A stretch of 41,527 bases of DNA, from positions 1 through 41,527 of the forward strand of contig JAKMXF010000060.1 in assembly GCA_024704765.1 (NCBI GenBank), read 5' to 3'. A model generated the notes under the pieces. That model was not told the DNA's origin. It saw only the letters and a list, made by a program, of their open reading frames with translations, and did not search any database. Source of the stretch: Oopsacas minuta. Taxonomy: Eukaryota; Animalia; Porifera. Shown in pieces: positions 15,001 through 26,216 of this stretch. The stretch's first letter is position 1. The number at the start of each line of letters is the position of its first letter. The position numbers were made by a program, and so were the translations under genes.

Positions 15001-15760
15001 ATATAATTCAACTTGCGCGCTTCGCTTGCTAGGTCGCTGCACGACAGCTTAGTGCCACAGGTTACCTAAAGAGAAAGGTGTGGCCTTAAAGTTCCTTAAT
15101 GACTCAGTGTTGTTTCATGATACAAAGTCCCAGCCTTTTGTCATATTATGAACTTTTACACCCGAATGGAAAATATACACAAGTATAAAGTGTTAAATAC
15201 GACTTTCAATGAGGACGTATTACGTATGATACGTATTATACGAACCCAAATATTTTGGAAGTAACCTCTATTAGGATGATCTCTACTATGTAGCCTAAAG
15301 CCTTCTGAATATTCAAGAAATGCCTTACTACGTGTTTGGATGACATAATGCGTATCATAAGTTTGTATTATACGTTTTTATGTTTTGCTTTTGAAGGCAT
15401 TATATGAGTTGAATCAATCAAATTGTTGAGTGCGAATTACAGCAATTTGATTCCGCTCCAGGAGATTTGTCCATTGTAATGGGGTTGTAGTTGTCCGTTT
15501 CTCGGAGTGTACGTTTTGGGTGGCTCCACTGTATAAATGAATGATCAAATATTTTGGAGTAATCAAGCAAAAATATCTATCAAGTTTGTATTTAGTTTTA
15601 TCCGTTCATTACCGAATACTGCAGGGAGAATGTGTGATTTTATGACTTCAAAAGGTGCTCAAATCTCGTTTTTGGAGCAGCAATTGGTCAAAACGGAGAA
15701 GTAAAACTTTAGTGTTCCTATTCATTAAGAGCATAACACTCGTCAGTGATTGGTTAATCC

Positions 15761-16191
15761 AAGTACTGCCAAGTCTCCGTAAATTTACATAGACTATGTA
15801 AATTTGACTGCTATCTACGTATCTACGTGTGAAGACTTATTTCTACCTATTTCTAGCGAATTATATGTACGTGTAATAATTTTTGTTAACATCTTATACG
15901 AGATGTAAGAGTTATTTTCTCAAAGTAGTACGACCATATAAAATAGTACTTTGATAGTTTGTTGCCTGCTGATAGTGGTTATAGTTTATAGTTTACAAAC
16001 GCGAAAGCGTCCATGAATCTACATTTATAATGATTATTAATATCAAGTTGTTAGCTAATGGCATTTGTAAAAGCAGATTAAGATCTGTTGGGGGCCATTA
16101 AGGGATTCGAAAATGCTCCGTAAATAATTTGGTTTATACATAAGTTTTTCGATCAATCTTCGTAATTTTTCTGAATTCACTTGGCAGTTTG
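15761..16191 (+). mobile_element. MITE copy A, about 430 bp, with CAG.GCTGCCAAG-type termini (hAT-like, 8-bp TSD)
   Basis: The reverse complement of copy B (20878-22001) aligns along its length once the nested insert is removed. Ends are aagtactgccaag and cttggcagtttg. There is an internal palindrome, aaatttacatag-a-ctatgtaaattt. Confidence 0.9.
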
Positions 16192-16199
16192 TTTGTGAG

Positions 16200-16340
16200 C
16201 AATCAACAAATGCAGTGTGGGGCCTGAGACTGGCTATGCCATGCTATTTTTTCGTTGAATTGGCGAGGGCCATGAGGCCCCCCAGAACTGTGAGTCCCTA
16301 AACCATGGGTTTATTTGGCTTATAGGCTAATCTGGACCTG
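16200..16340 (-). mobile_element. Displaced, inverted left end of the ZMYM1-like hAT whose body lies at 22010-26258
   Basis: The reverse complement begins caggtccagattagc, matching the reverse complement of the right end, cagggccggattagc (13/15). The reverse complement of the outer flank is attacata, against attagata at 26259-26266 (7/8). Confidence 0.85.
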
Positions 16341-17091
16341 TATGTAATGTTACAAAGAAATTCTTTATGGAATAAATATCGCTACACTAGCAAAGAGTAG
16401 TGTAGCGATATTTATTCAATGAAATTAAGCAATTCTGATAACATATTTGAATGTAATGGATGTGTATTAGCCATTATGAATATTTGAACTGTTTGGAGTT
16501 AATCTTATCGACTTGTTGGTATTTTCATATTTGTACCACTAGTGGAAGAAGTGGCACATTCGAAGTATGTGTACATCACTTAGTATGGTGGTTAATATGT
16601 TTCAAAAACTATAGAAAATTTCCTATCTGTTTTAGAGAGTATCAACAGATTTTCATTCAGTATTACATTATTGTGCGAATATTCTAGGGGTATGCCACCT
16701 CTGCCACTTGTAGCACACATATGAAAATGCCAATAAGTCAACAACCTTTGCACTAATCAGTTTGAAAATTGATAGTGGGGTAATATACACCCGTAGATTG
16801 CGAATATGCTTTCAGAATGTCAGGCTAGAGAAAATGAGATTCGAAAATTATTCTTTGATTTAGTGGGTATAATGTCAACTAATTATCGTATGCATATCCA
16901 AATATTAGCCGTATTTCAAGATATACAATTGTATCTTTCGTTCTGTGCAAGTACTTTTGTTCTCTTGATGTATATATCACAATAGGAAATTATCTGCTCC
17001 AATAACTACTGTTTACTTCTTTAACACGTAATACTTCAGATAAATACCTATTGATATGTCACATTAGAACTGAAAATGTCTCAGTAGCAAC

Positions 17092-17239
17092 CAAAATCGA
17101 GGCTAGGGGGCGCGCAAAGATGTTGCGGCATAGGTGTGCCATTGCCGCACATTTAATACATTTCATGTAAACCTTTGGAGGTCACAAGCCAATTAGGTGC
17201 GGCATGTACCACATATGCAGTACCCTGGCTACGCCTCTG
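17092..17239. mobile_element. Old hAT-like MITE with CAGAGGCGTAGC-type ends
   Basis: The reverse complement of the right end is cagaggcgtagccaggg and the left end is a decayed caaaatcgaggctaggggg. Flanks gtagcaac and gtagaagc match 6/8. Confidence 0.45.
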
Positions 17240-17760
17240 GTAGAAGCATATATGTCCCATAAGCAGTATATATTTCCCAATAATATATTTCTTGTTCCAA
17301 ATCACTGAATATTATACAAAAGCACATTTTACATCCCTGTAAAAACTTTTCTGTCTCAAAAGCAAGAATTATTTAATCTAGAACCATTGTAATATATCCT
17401 CAAAGCAAACGATATGTCCAATTTCCCATTTGTACCATATATATCCCTAATGTACCTTGTATATCCCAAAGAGCTCATTGCATCTGCCAATTGCAACTTT
17501 TCCCATCTTTCTTTCTCAATACATCCAATATGTCACAATAGCTTCTTATATGTCAAAATAGCAACTCCCCTCTTGAATAGCAAGATATATTATTATGTCA
17601 TCTTCTATGTAACAATGGGAGCTTATCTACCCCGATATCAACTTTTCTACCACAATAACACGTAATATTTCAGCTTAACCTTAATTATGTCCGAACAGCA
17701 CTTAATATTTCCGAATTTAACCACAAATGTCTTAATCACTACGTATTTTTGTCACATGTA
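17240..17760 (+). repeat. Degenerate ~21-bp minisatellite of the ATGTCCC.ATAGCACC family
   Basis: Recurring atatgtccca.., atgtcacaatagc and atgtccgaacagcac units. The same family occurs at 34290-36960. Confidence 0.5.
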
Positions 17761-17951
17761 ACAAGGTAATATATATAATACAACAATGTTACGTTGCGTT
17801 TTCATACAACACTGCATTGTGTATGGTAGGCTTTATAAATACATAGATCACACCAAACGCCCCATGCCTTTATACATGACATAATATAGGCAGGGACTAT
17901 AATCTGTCCTAGCCTAGAAAGTCATAGACCCCAACCTGTCACTTTCCATAT

Positions 17952-18376
17952 CAGAGCTGCAAATGGGTCATACAAAGTGACCAATGACCCACATGATCCA
18001 CATGACCCATCGAAGGCGTGACCCATGACCCATGACCCATCGATGATCTCGTAACCCATCTTGACCCATAAACTTTTGAAACACAACACAGTTAACCTAA
18101 GAGATTCATGTTCCTTGGGGTAGAATAACTAGAAGTGTGTTGAAAATCAATTGCAATTCAATTTCTGCATTATTAAATTCTTGACAATAATATTAACGTG
18201 CCAAAACATAAATGTCGATAATACTAATACATTTTAGACAATAATGTGTAGCAAATCGCATAGAACTTGGTTGTATTTTTCCAAATACACTAAATGCATG
18301 TAAGTACTGGTGGGTCATGACCCATCGGCCCATCTGGCCCATTGACCCATGGGCCAATGACCAATTTACAGCTCTG
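17952..18376. mobile_element. hAT-type MITE, 425 bp, with TGACCCA subterminal repeats
   Basis: TIRs cagagctgcaaatgggtca and the reverse complement cagagctgtaaattggtca match 17/19. The 8-bp TSD ttccatat is perfect (17944-17951 and 18377-18384). Confidence 0.93.
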
Positions 18377-18689
18377 TTCCATATGCAGCTGGTCATCGTA
18401 TCGTTTAAACGGTTGATTACAAAATTTAGATAAGTAAGGATATTAGTTCTATGAAAAGATGACACTAACATAAGATTGAGTAGTGAATTAAAATATATTT
18501 GCAAAATTTCTCCTCTAATAAATACAAAACTTCTATTTGAGGTAAAACTCATATTCTGTCCTAGGGCATATTATACACTCGTGTAAGAAGTTGGATGGCT
18601 CGGATTATCCAGGGTATAATCCACACCCCCCCAAGTGGCCAGCCAAAAGCAGGTTTGCCCAGTATCTGTAGCTAAAGCTTTTATTACGG

Positions 18690-20619
18690 TATTATAACAA
18701 TTGGAATTATTCATTAAAAATATTTTATTTCTTTGTATAGTACAAATATTGCCTTACAATTTATGCCCTCTTTCTGCGGCACTCTTATTCACAGTCTGGG
18801 AACATAGTCTTTTGGCCAATATCTGTATTGGAATAGCTCTGGAACCAATTGACTCCACCAAACATGAGGCAACATATATTTTGCTGCCCTAGTTGCTAAG
18901 GTGGTGTCAAAAGCACCTTTAGCAGTTTATATTGCTCAAAAATGATCTAAAGTAGAAAATTGATCATCAACATAAGGAAAAATGTGAGCAAGTACTATCT
19001 GTAACCCTTCAAACAATTTAGGTGAGGCTACGCTCAATTCACACCGAAATTCTGGATCGAAGGCATAAGCTGCTGCGTGCGCAGATGAATGAAAGTACAT
19101 CCATCTATCTATGATGATATCGGTGATGTCTCCCTTCCTCTGAATTGTAATATAAAAGTAATCGGCATTGCTTCTATTTTTCTCATCAATTCACACATTC
19201 TTTCATATAGTTTTGACATCAAAGGCCCACCCTTATTTGTGATGCGGAGGACAGATAAGGGTGGCCCTTTAATGTCAAAACTATAATATTGGCTCTAGAT
19301 AATTCAATTTTTCCTCGAGATTACTCCAATGTTTGTCATCCCTGACCATAATTTTGATAATTTTTTACTTGTCTTTACAAGATTAGTCTGAGATTTTATA
19401 TTAACATCCGAATTCGGATCTACTAATGACTGAACAATTACTGAATGAATGTCTGAGCTCTTTCCATCATTAGATATCTTGTTGAAAACGGGTTCCTCCT
19501 GATTTTTTCGATTCATCATGCTGAGAGATATTTATTTGTCCATTATATTTTCTGGGAAGAGAGAAATAAAATCGTGGTTCCCAAAAAACGTTGCAACTTT
19601 TCAGTCTTTTTCATGACCGTTTTAACCCAGGCCATTTTATTCCCAGTTTTTCTCTTTTCTTTGTACAAATACTGCATCATTAAGTTGAGAGAATTAGCCT
19701 CACAGATTGTTAAAATAATTTTGGGAATCTACTACTCAGTATCTTCATTACGTCCATGCAGCTGCATGCTCCATCCAAGCACACGTAAACGATGTCTTTC
19801 CTCCCACTTCCAAAATACTTTGTTCACTAAATCTAGCCATAAATAGCCCAGTTTTTCGGTGCCCTTATGTGTTATATGCCTTTCTAAAGATAGTACCAGA
19901 CGTCGTTTCCAGCAAATAATTGGCAATCGGCTCACTCTTGCAATTTTTCCACCCATCACTGACTAGTTTAGCACCAAAACTGTCAGTAGCAGGTTGCATC
20001 CTCGATGGTATTCACTTGGGATCAGTTTTTGCACATTATCTAAGAGAGCCACTGATATTGTATTTGACTCGGTGGTACATAGCCTCCAGAATTTTTACAA
20101 TGAGATATATGTACAAGACCACATTTCCTTAAACGCTGGCTGTAGAACAATTGAGAGAGGTAATCCAAGTTCATTAATGGACCTAGCTACTATGAAATCA
20201 GTTTGGTGCTTGTGTCCATCCTAAAATGCACATCTAGAGCTCAGTCACAGTTACCGGATTGATTTGTGTCAATTTATCTTGCTTCCTTCTTCTTTTCGTT
20301 TCCTCTTTTCTCAAGAACTTCTTTCAGTTCTTGGAAAGGTTCAATGCGGTGTTGTGCTGCAAGGTAAGATTTGATTCCAGAGAAATTAAGAATATGTGCT
20401 CTTATCCGATACACCACACCGACACCTTTTCCCACAATTACAACACTTCCACTTGGGATTAACTGGGTGATCTAATAATATGTCAACACTAGCCCACTCC
20501 AATGACTCTTCTCTTCTATGTTTTCGATTTGGTTTGGATCACCACTCGATAGATCTTGGGCTAACCGGTTTAATCTCTTCATTAGACAATAAAATTAGGT
20601 CTTCGTCTGTATCTGACAT
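18690..20619 (-). pseudogene. Decayed hAT transposase of the BED finger + DUF659 + dimerisation-domain type
   Basis: On the minus strand: KWKCCNCGK..GVYRIRAHIL (BED), GLPLSIVLQPAFKEM, GYVPPS, LVSDGWKN (D1), CEANSLNLM (CxxH with H changed to N), DRW..HSSAHAAAYAFDPEF, PHVWW and SAAER (E). Multiple frameshifts. TIRs not found. Confidence 0.85.
19206..19285. mobile_element. 80-bp palindromic mini-element inside the DUF659 hAT pseudogene
   Basis: The 35-bp arms tatagttttgacatcaaaggcccacccttatttgt and acagataagggtggccctttaatgtcaaaactata match 32/35, with a 10-bp loop and TA at both ends. Confidence 0.8.
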
Positions 20620-20877
20620 GATGAAAAATAATCGCTATTTAAAATTCACAAATAATATCGATAAATTAAATAATAATAAATTATGGCAAATAGGCTAAAT
20701 TTGAAAAAATTGAATTTCCAATAGGGGAGACAATTACACGGTCTATGAATCAGCTCATTGATAATTTGAATTGATAAGTTAATAGGCAACACGATTATGG
20801 TTATGTATTAATTGATGGAAGCACCAATAAAAGAATAGACTATTATATGAGGAAGCTATAAATCTATGTGGATTAAC

Positions 20878-22001
20878 CAGAGCTGCCAAGTGAATTCGGA
20901 AAAATTTACGGAGATTGATCGAAAAATTTATGTATAAGGCCATGTAAAATAAATTACTTCTTTCTCATCCATTTTTTTCTGCGAAATAGGGGCGGGGGCG
21001 GCATTTTATTTATTTTGCTTGGCCTAATTTTACTAATTTATTTAAACTATCTCGTTAATACGAATTTCTGATAAGACGGATAATATTCGTACATAATCAG
21101 GTCCCTACAACCGTACTTCAATGGATATTACTCCGGTTTATGAACTCCGGAAAGGCGAATAAATTTTAACCGTACGGTCGTTGGTGTTCGTATTAAGCTT
21201 ACACTGCATATGGGAAAACTAATATTCACTTCCTCTCTATAATCTGAATTATTGTACAATTTAAATAATAATGATAAAAAATAATAATAATTAAAATTTA
21301 GTGCAGATCCCAGGGCTGATTTTTTCCATACAGGGAGGGTATTTGGGCCTGACTCGGACAGGTTTGAGTCTTGGACGAAAATTCACACCTGACGAAATAT
21401 GATACATTGCCACCTTTTTGTATCTTCGAAAAATCACTTGATTAGCCACACTGCTCAGCGACCTAGCAAGCGAAGGGCGCTAGTGTTAAATAATTAGCTT
21501 GTTTCAAAGATGCTCATCTGCGAATATAAGTGATAACAAATATATCTTTTAAAATAAACAAACTGGCGAGGACGGAGATTAAATGGGGCGGGCGGGGATG
21601 ATAAAACAAGTATATTATTTTATATGGCCTAAACCAAATTTTACGAACATTTTCAAATCCCTTAATGGCCCCCAACAGGTCTTAATCTGCTTTTACGAAT
21701 GCCATTAGCTAACAACTTGATATTAATAATCATGATAAATGTAAATACATGGACGCTTTCGCATTTGTAAACTACAAGCTATAACCACTATCAGCATGCA
21801 ACAAACTATCAAAGTACTATTTATATGGTCGTACTACTTTGAGAAAATAACTCGTACATCTCGTACAAGAAGTTAACAAAAATCATTACACGTACATATA
21901 ATCCGCTAGAAATAGGTAGAAATGAATCTTCACACGTAGATACGTAGATAGCAGTCAAATTTACATAGTCTACGTAAATTTACGGAGGCTTGGCAGCACT
22001 G
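20878..22001 (-). mobile_element. MITE copy B, inverted relative to copy A, carrying a nested insertion
   Basis: Termini are cagagctgccaag and cttggcagcactg. 21630-22001 and 20878-20937 align with the reverse complement of 15761-16191. Confidence 0.92.
20938..21629. mobile_element. 692-bp MITE with GGCC termini and a TAA TSD (PIF/Harbinger-Tourist or Zator type)
   Basis: TIRs ggccatgtaaaataaattactt and the reverse complement ggccatataaaataatatactt match 19/22. TAA occurs at 20935-20937 and 21630-21632, and copy A has a single TAA at the homologous empty site. Confidence 0.9.
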
Positions 22002-22469
22002 TTCACAAAGTGTAGTCATTTTGAATGCGAACGCCACAAAGATCAATCTTAATTGAATGACATGGCAGCCAATATGAAAACATCAAAAAAATGTCTATAT
22101 CCACTATATTCGATTGTTAAGCTTCATTTCTGAGTCCAACTCAGCCTAGCGTGAATAAAGTTTTCCTATATATTACGCTGAATGGTTTTTATTGGTTTAT
22201 TTAATTTCCCACTTAATTAGTTCATTTAATTCAAAATGAAAAGGGTATCTGAAAGTCGAATAGTAAATGAAAAAGGAAGGCCTTACAAAATGAGGAGATT
22301 GAACTTTTACCAAAAGTTGACAAATTTTTACTTCTCACACAAAATATACCAGTTGGAGTGAACATATTGAATTTATAGCAATGATAATTATTGCTATACC
22401 GACCCAAAAACTTTGGATGCTCTACCTTTGCTCATTTCCTTTACATCGAATATATAAAGAAAAAGGAAG

Positions 22470-24650
22470 AATTATACATTACAATCAGAGAGAACGATAT
22501 TGTTACCTGGAATAAATTCAGTGAAGAGGACATTTCCTTTTGGATCAATGAGGGACCAAGTTGCCTTCAGGACCCCGATGGTCCATTTGATCAGTCAAAG
22601 CGAGAGTTTACAAACAGAATTCGGCAGTGCACGAAAAGTCTGTTCAATAGCATAAAGGCAAATAGAGAAAAGTACGATCGAGAATGGCTTGTGTATTCTA
22701 ACAGCACTGGTCCTTTCTACTGTTTTGTCCGTAAGTTGCTGTTGATCTCAAAATTTGATATGTTATCTGAGGGTTTCGATGATTGGCGTAATCCAATTGT
22801 TATAGAAGTCATGAAAACTCACTGCAACATAAGGATGCACTATTGACTTATCTCAGTCGGCCACGGGGACCAAAAATAAACCACCATCTTCAGATGCAGA
22901 TAACTGTGGAGCAAGAATACTGGAAGTAAGTTCTTCAGCGTGGCGTATCAGTTTTCCTACCTTAGCAGAACGTGGATTGGAATTTCGAGGAGGTGATAAA
23001 CGATTTGGATCTCCATGCAATGGGAATTTCCTCGGTATACTGGAGCTCATTGCTGAATTTGACGCTTTCCTCGCAAACCACATTAAGCAATATGGCAATC
23101 GTGGAAAAGGAAATACCTCATATCTGTCCAAAACGATATGTGAAGAAATGATTAAACTGATGTCTTCCAGAGTCAGCATCTATTCTGGAGGATATTCAAG
23201 AAGCCGGATACTTCAGTATTTCTGTTGATTCTACACCCGACCTCTTATATATTAATCAGTTAACTGTAATCATTCGATATGTGTCTCTTGATGACGATAT
23301 CCCTGTGGAACGCTTCCTTACATTTCTGGAAATTGAGAATCACTGGTGAATATCTGGCCAACATAGTTTATGAGTATTGGGTTAATGAGTGTGGACTTGA
23401 CTTTGGTAAATGCAGAAGACAGTCGTATGACAATGCAGCAAATATGTTAGGAAAATATAATGGCATGCATAGCAAAATTAGAGAAAAGAACAGATTTGCC
23501 CTGTACTTACCTTGCGCTGGACACTCACTGAATTTCGTTGGGCGTACTGTTGTAGATTGCTGCCTGGATGCAGTCAATTTCTTTGGGGTTGTTCAACAAC
23601 TCTACAATTTCTTCTCCGGATCTACTCATCGTTGGGCAGTGCTGCAATCGGATTTGGAAGAAGATTCCACTGTGCTCAAACGGCTCTTTAACACAAGAGG
23701 GGAAGCCCACTCGAAAGCCACATCAGCTGTATTAGAAGGTCATGACTCCATAACTAGCGCTCTTGATCACATGTATGAAGGCGTTAGCGAGAAAAGCGAT
23801 ACAAGACGAGAAGCTGGTAATCTTAGAGATAAGATGGAAGAGTAGAATTTGCATTGATGTTAGAATGATGGAATCGCATTCTAAAGCACTTTCACCATAT
23901 AAGCAAGGCATTAATGGACCGAAAGCTGTCTCTGGGCACATGCTCAAGTTGTATGCATCTCTTGACAATGTTCTCGTCGAAATACGTGACAATTTGGATG
24001 AAATTGAACTCAAGGCAAAGGAAAAATTATCAGATATAGACTATAAGATCGTTAGCAAATGGCGACGAAGAAAAACAGTTATGTTTGGTGATGGCGATAT
24101 GCCGAATGCAGGTGATACTCTGCTTCCACGAGAAAAATTCGGGATCACATCATTTGTTCCAATAATTGAGGCACTACAAGTCAACCTCCAGAAGAGGACC
24201 GAGGCTTACCATGAAGTAGCAGATGCCTCGACTTCCTCATTGACATTATTATATCCGAACAATTATTGCGGGAGTGAGTTGTAACATTAGTGCAGGTGTA
24301 CCCAGATGATGCTAACAATGATCTTTGCCGGAAGTGCAATACTTCCAATCATTACATCAAGCAGAACACGATAACCGAGGAAATCAGCCACCAGACATGT
24401 ACCATATTGTAAAACAAGACAGAATTAGCTATGGTGTTCCCTAATGTGGAAACTGTGTTAAAACTGTTTCTCAGTCTACCAGTGACAAACTGTTCTGGAG
24501 AAAGATTCTTTTCACTGCTGAAACATATCAAGAATGAAAGACGCACAACTATGGAACAAGAAAGACTGTCATCTTTTAGAATTTTGTACAATGAGCGAGA
24601 TAACTTCGCAAATTGAAATGCGAAGACATAATGAAGGCATTTAGGTACCA
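22470..24650 (+). pseudogene. Decayed ZMYM1-like hAT transposase (TTF-type zinc finger, DUF4371 and dimerisation region)
   Basis: Motifs REWLVYSNSTG..YCF, LEFRG..GNFLGILELIAEFD, YLSKTICEEMI, SVDSTPD (D1), QSYDNAANM.G (D2), PCAGHSLN (CxxH) and FPNVETVLKLFLSLPVTNCSGERFFS (E). Frameshifted. Confidence 0.92.
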
Positions 24651-24874
24651 AAAGGCTCGAAGCACATGTGGTGCTATGACATTGCCAATATAGTTTATGA
24701 TTATAGACTTATAGTATTCTTTTCTAAATTAATAATACATGATGTTTAATGCATGGTTTTTGTCAGGTACATATAGGCTTTCAGTTTACATTAAGCGAGG
24801 CCATGGAGTGAGGTGTGAGCCTCTTTAAAATGATTGCTATTCTGAGCAGGAATTATAGAGAGGGTTTCATATTA

Positions 24875-26216
24875 CAGGGTGGAAAGAAATTGATGCCCTA
24901 CTGACCTAATTTATATTATGAACCCAAAATATTCTTGAAGTTTGATAATTACCATATTTTCATCAGTTATTTATTTCTTAGGTTTTGTTCTCTGATTTTG
25001 ACATATTGTTCTTGCTTAGGAAGCGTATTTTATTTATATTATTTATCAGATTTGTTTATCCAAATTTCATCTGATAATAATGGTTAGGGAGACCAGTTCA
25101 TGTGCAAGAAGCAGAGCTGTAGGAATGGTATTAGGAGGAATGACCCAAAAATGTGCTTCAGAAAAGTTAGTTGTGAATATTCGTACAATTCGACGATGGC
25201 TATCTCGTTATCAGAATGAAGGTTCCCTAGAAAATATGCATGGACGTGGACGTAATCAAAACTTAGAAAAGTTGCAAAAATAGTCATAGCCAAATCTATT
25301 TCCAAGAGACATCAATCAACACGGAAATAAGCTAAACGTTTACGCTCAAAGGGTTGTGCAGTTTCTCATACTACTGTGCGTAAGTATTTAAGGAGTACAC
25401 TCAAAGTAATTCCTTTCAAATCTCAAAAACAGCCGAAAATTACTGAAAAACAGCGGACCGCTCGCCTAAGGTTTTGTCGAGATCGAAAAACTTGGAAAAT
25501 AGAAGACTGGTGTCGAGTATTGTTTTCAGACGAATCACCCTTTGAGATATATCCACATCCTAGTAGTCAAAATGATCGTATCTGGGCTTATGACCGATCT
25601 CAGCTTTTACCCTCTGAAAGAATAAATTTCCCTCAAAAATCCTTGTATGGGGTGTAATGTCGTTTAGAGTTGTATCAGAACTTCATTTCATCTCAAAAGG
25701 CCAAACAATCACAGCTGAATATTATGTGAACGAGATATTAAATGGGTCATTGATGTCTAGTTTGCTTCACCAACCAGACAGGCCAGTACTTTAACTAGGA
25801 AGTTGTTGCCAGACATGTCACGGTACATTTTCCAACAGGATGGTGCGCCGGCACATACAGCCAAAAGAGCACAAGAATGGTGCAATACCAACTTAGTTGA
25901 GTTATGGCATAAGAGTCAATGGCCAGGCAACTCTCCTCATCTCAACCCGATAGAAAATTTATGGTCTATCGTAAAGCAAGAGATTGAACTGATGGACACT
26001 CCAACCAATATTTCAATGCTCGAAAAACACATCAAGCAGGCGTGGTCTCAAATTTCACCAGAAACTTTGGAGAATTTAGTATCCGGGATGCCAAAAAGGA
26101 TGAAATTATGCATAAAACAAAAGGGTGGATATATTGGAAAATAACTAGTGTATCGTATTGTTGTATATCATATTATGATAAGAATAATATTAGGGAATCA
26201 ATTTCTTTCCACCCTG
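24875..26216 (+). mobile_element. Tc1-like element with a DD37E catalytic triad, 1342 bp
   Basis: The 26-bp TIRs cagggtggaaagaaattgat(g/t)cccta match 25/26. TA TSD at 24873-24874 and 26217-26218. Confidence 0.95.
25080..26144 (+). pseudogene. Frameshifted Tc1-family transposase, DD37E
   Basis: N-terminal HTH (IRTIRRWL..GRGR), LFSDES, QQDGAPAH...WPGNSPHLNPIENLW with 37 residues between D2 and E, ending KGGYIGK*. Internal stops and frameshifts. Confidence 0.92.

Larger units (their letters stand above)
16192..20877. other. Inverted segment between MITE copies A and B
   Basis: Flanks are swapped. A-left gttaatcc is the reverse complement of B-left ggattaac (8/8). A-right tttgtgag matches the reverse complement of B-right ttcacaaa (7/8). 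Confidence 0.88.

Noticed and set aside
15495-15533. Tc1-like right TIR (...gggtggctccactg-TA)
   Set aside because: No matching left TIR or transposase was found in the window.
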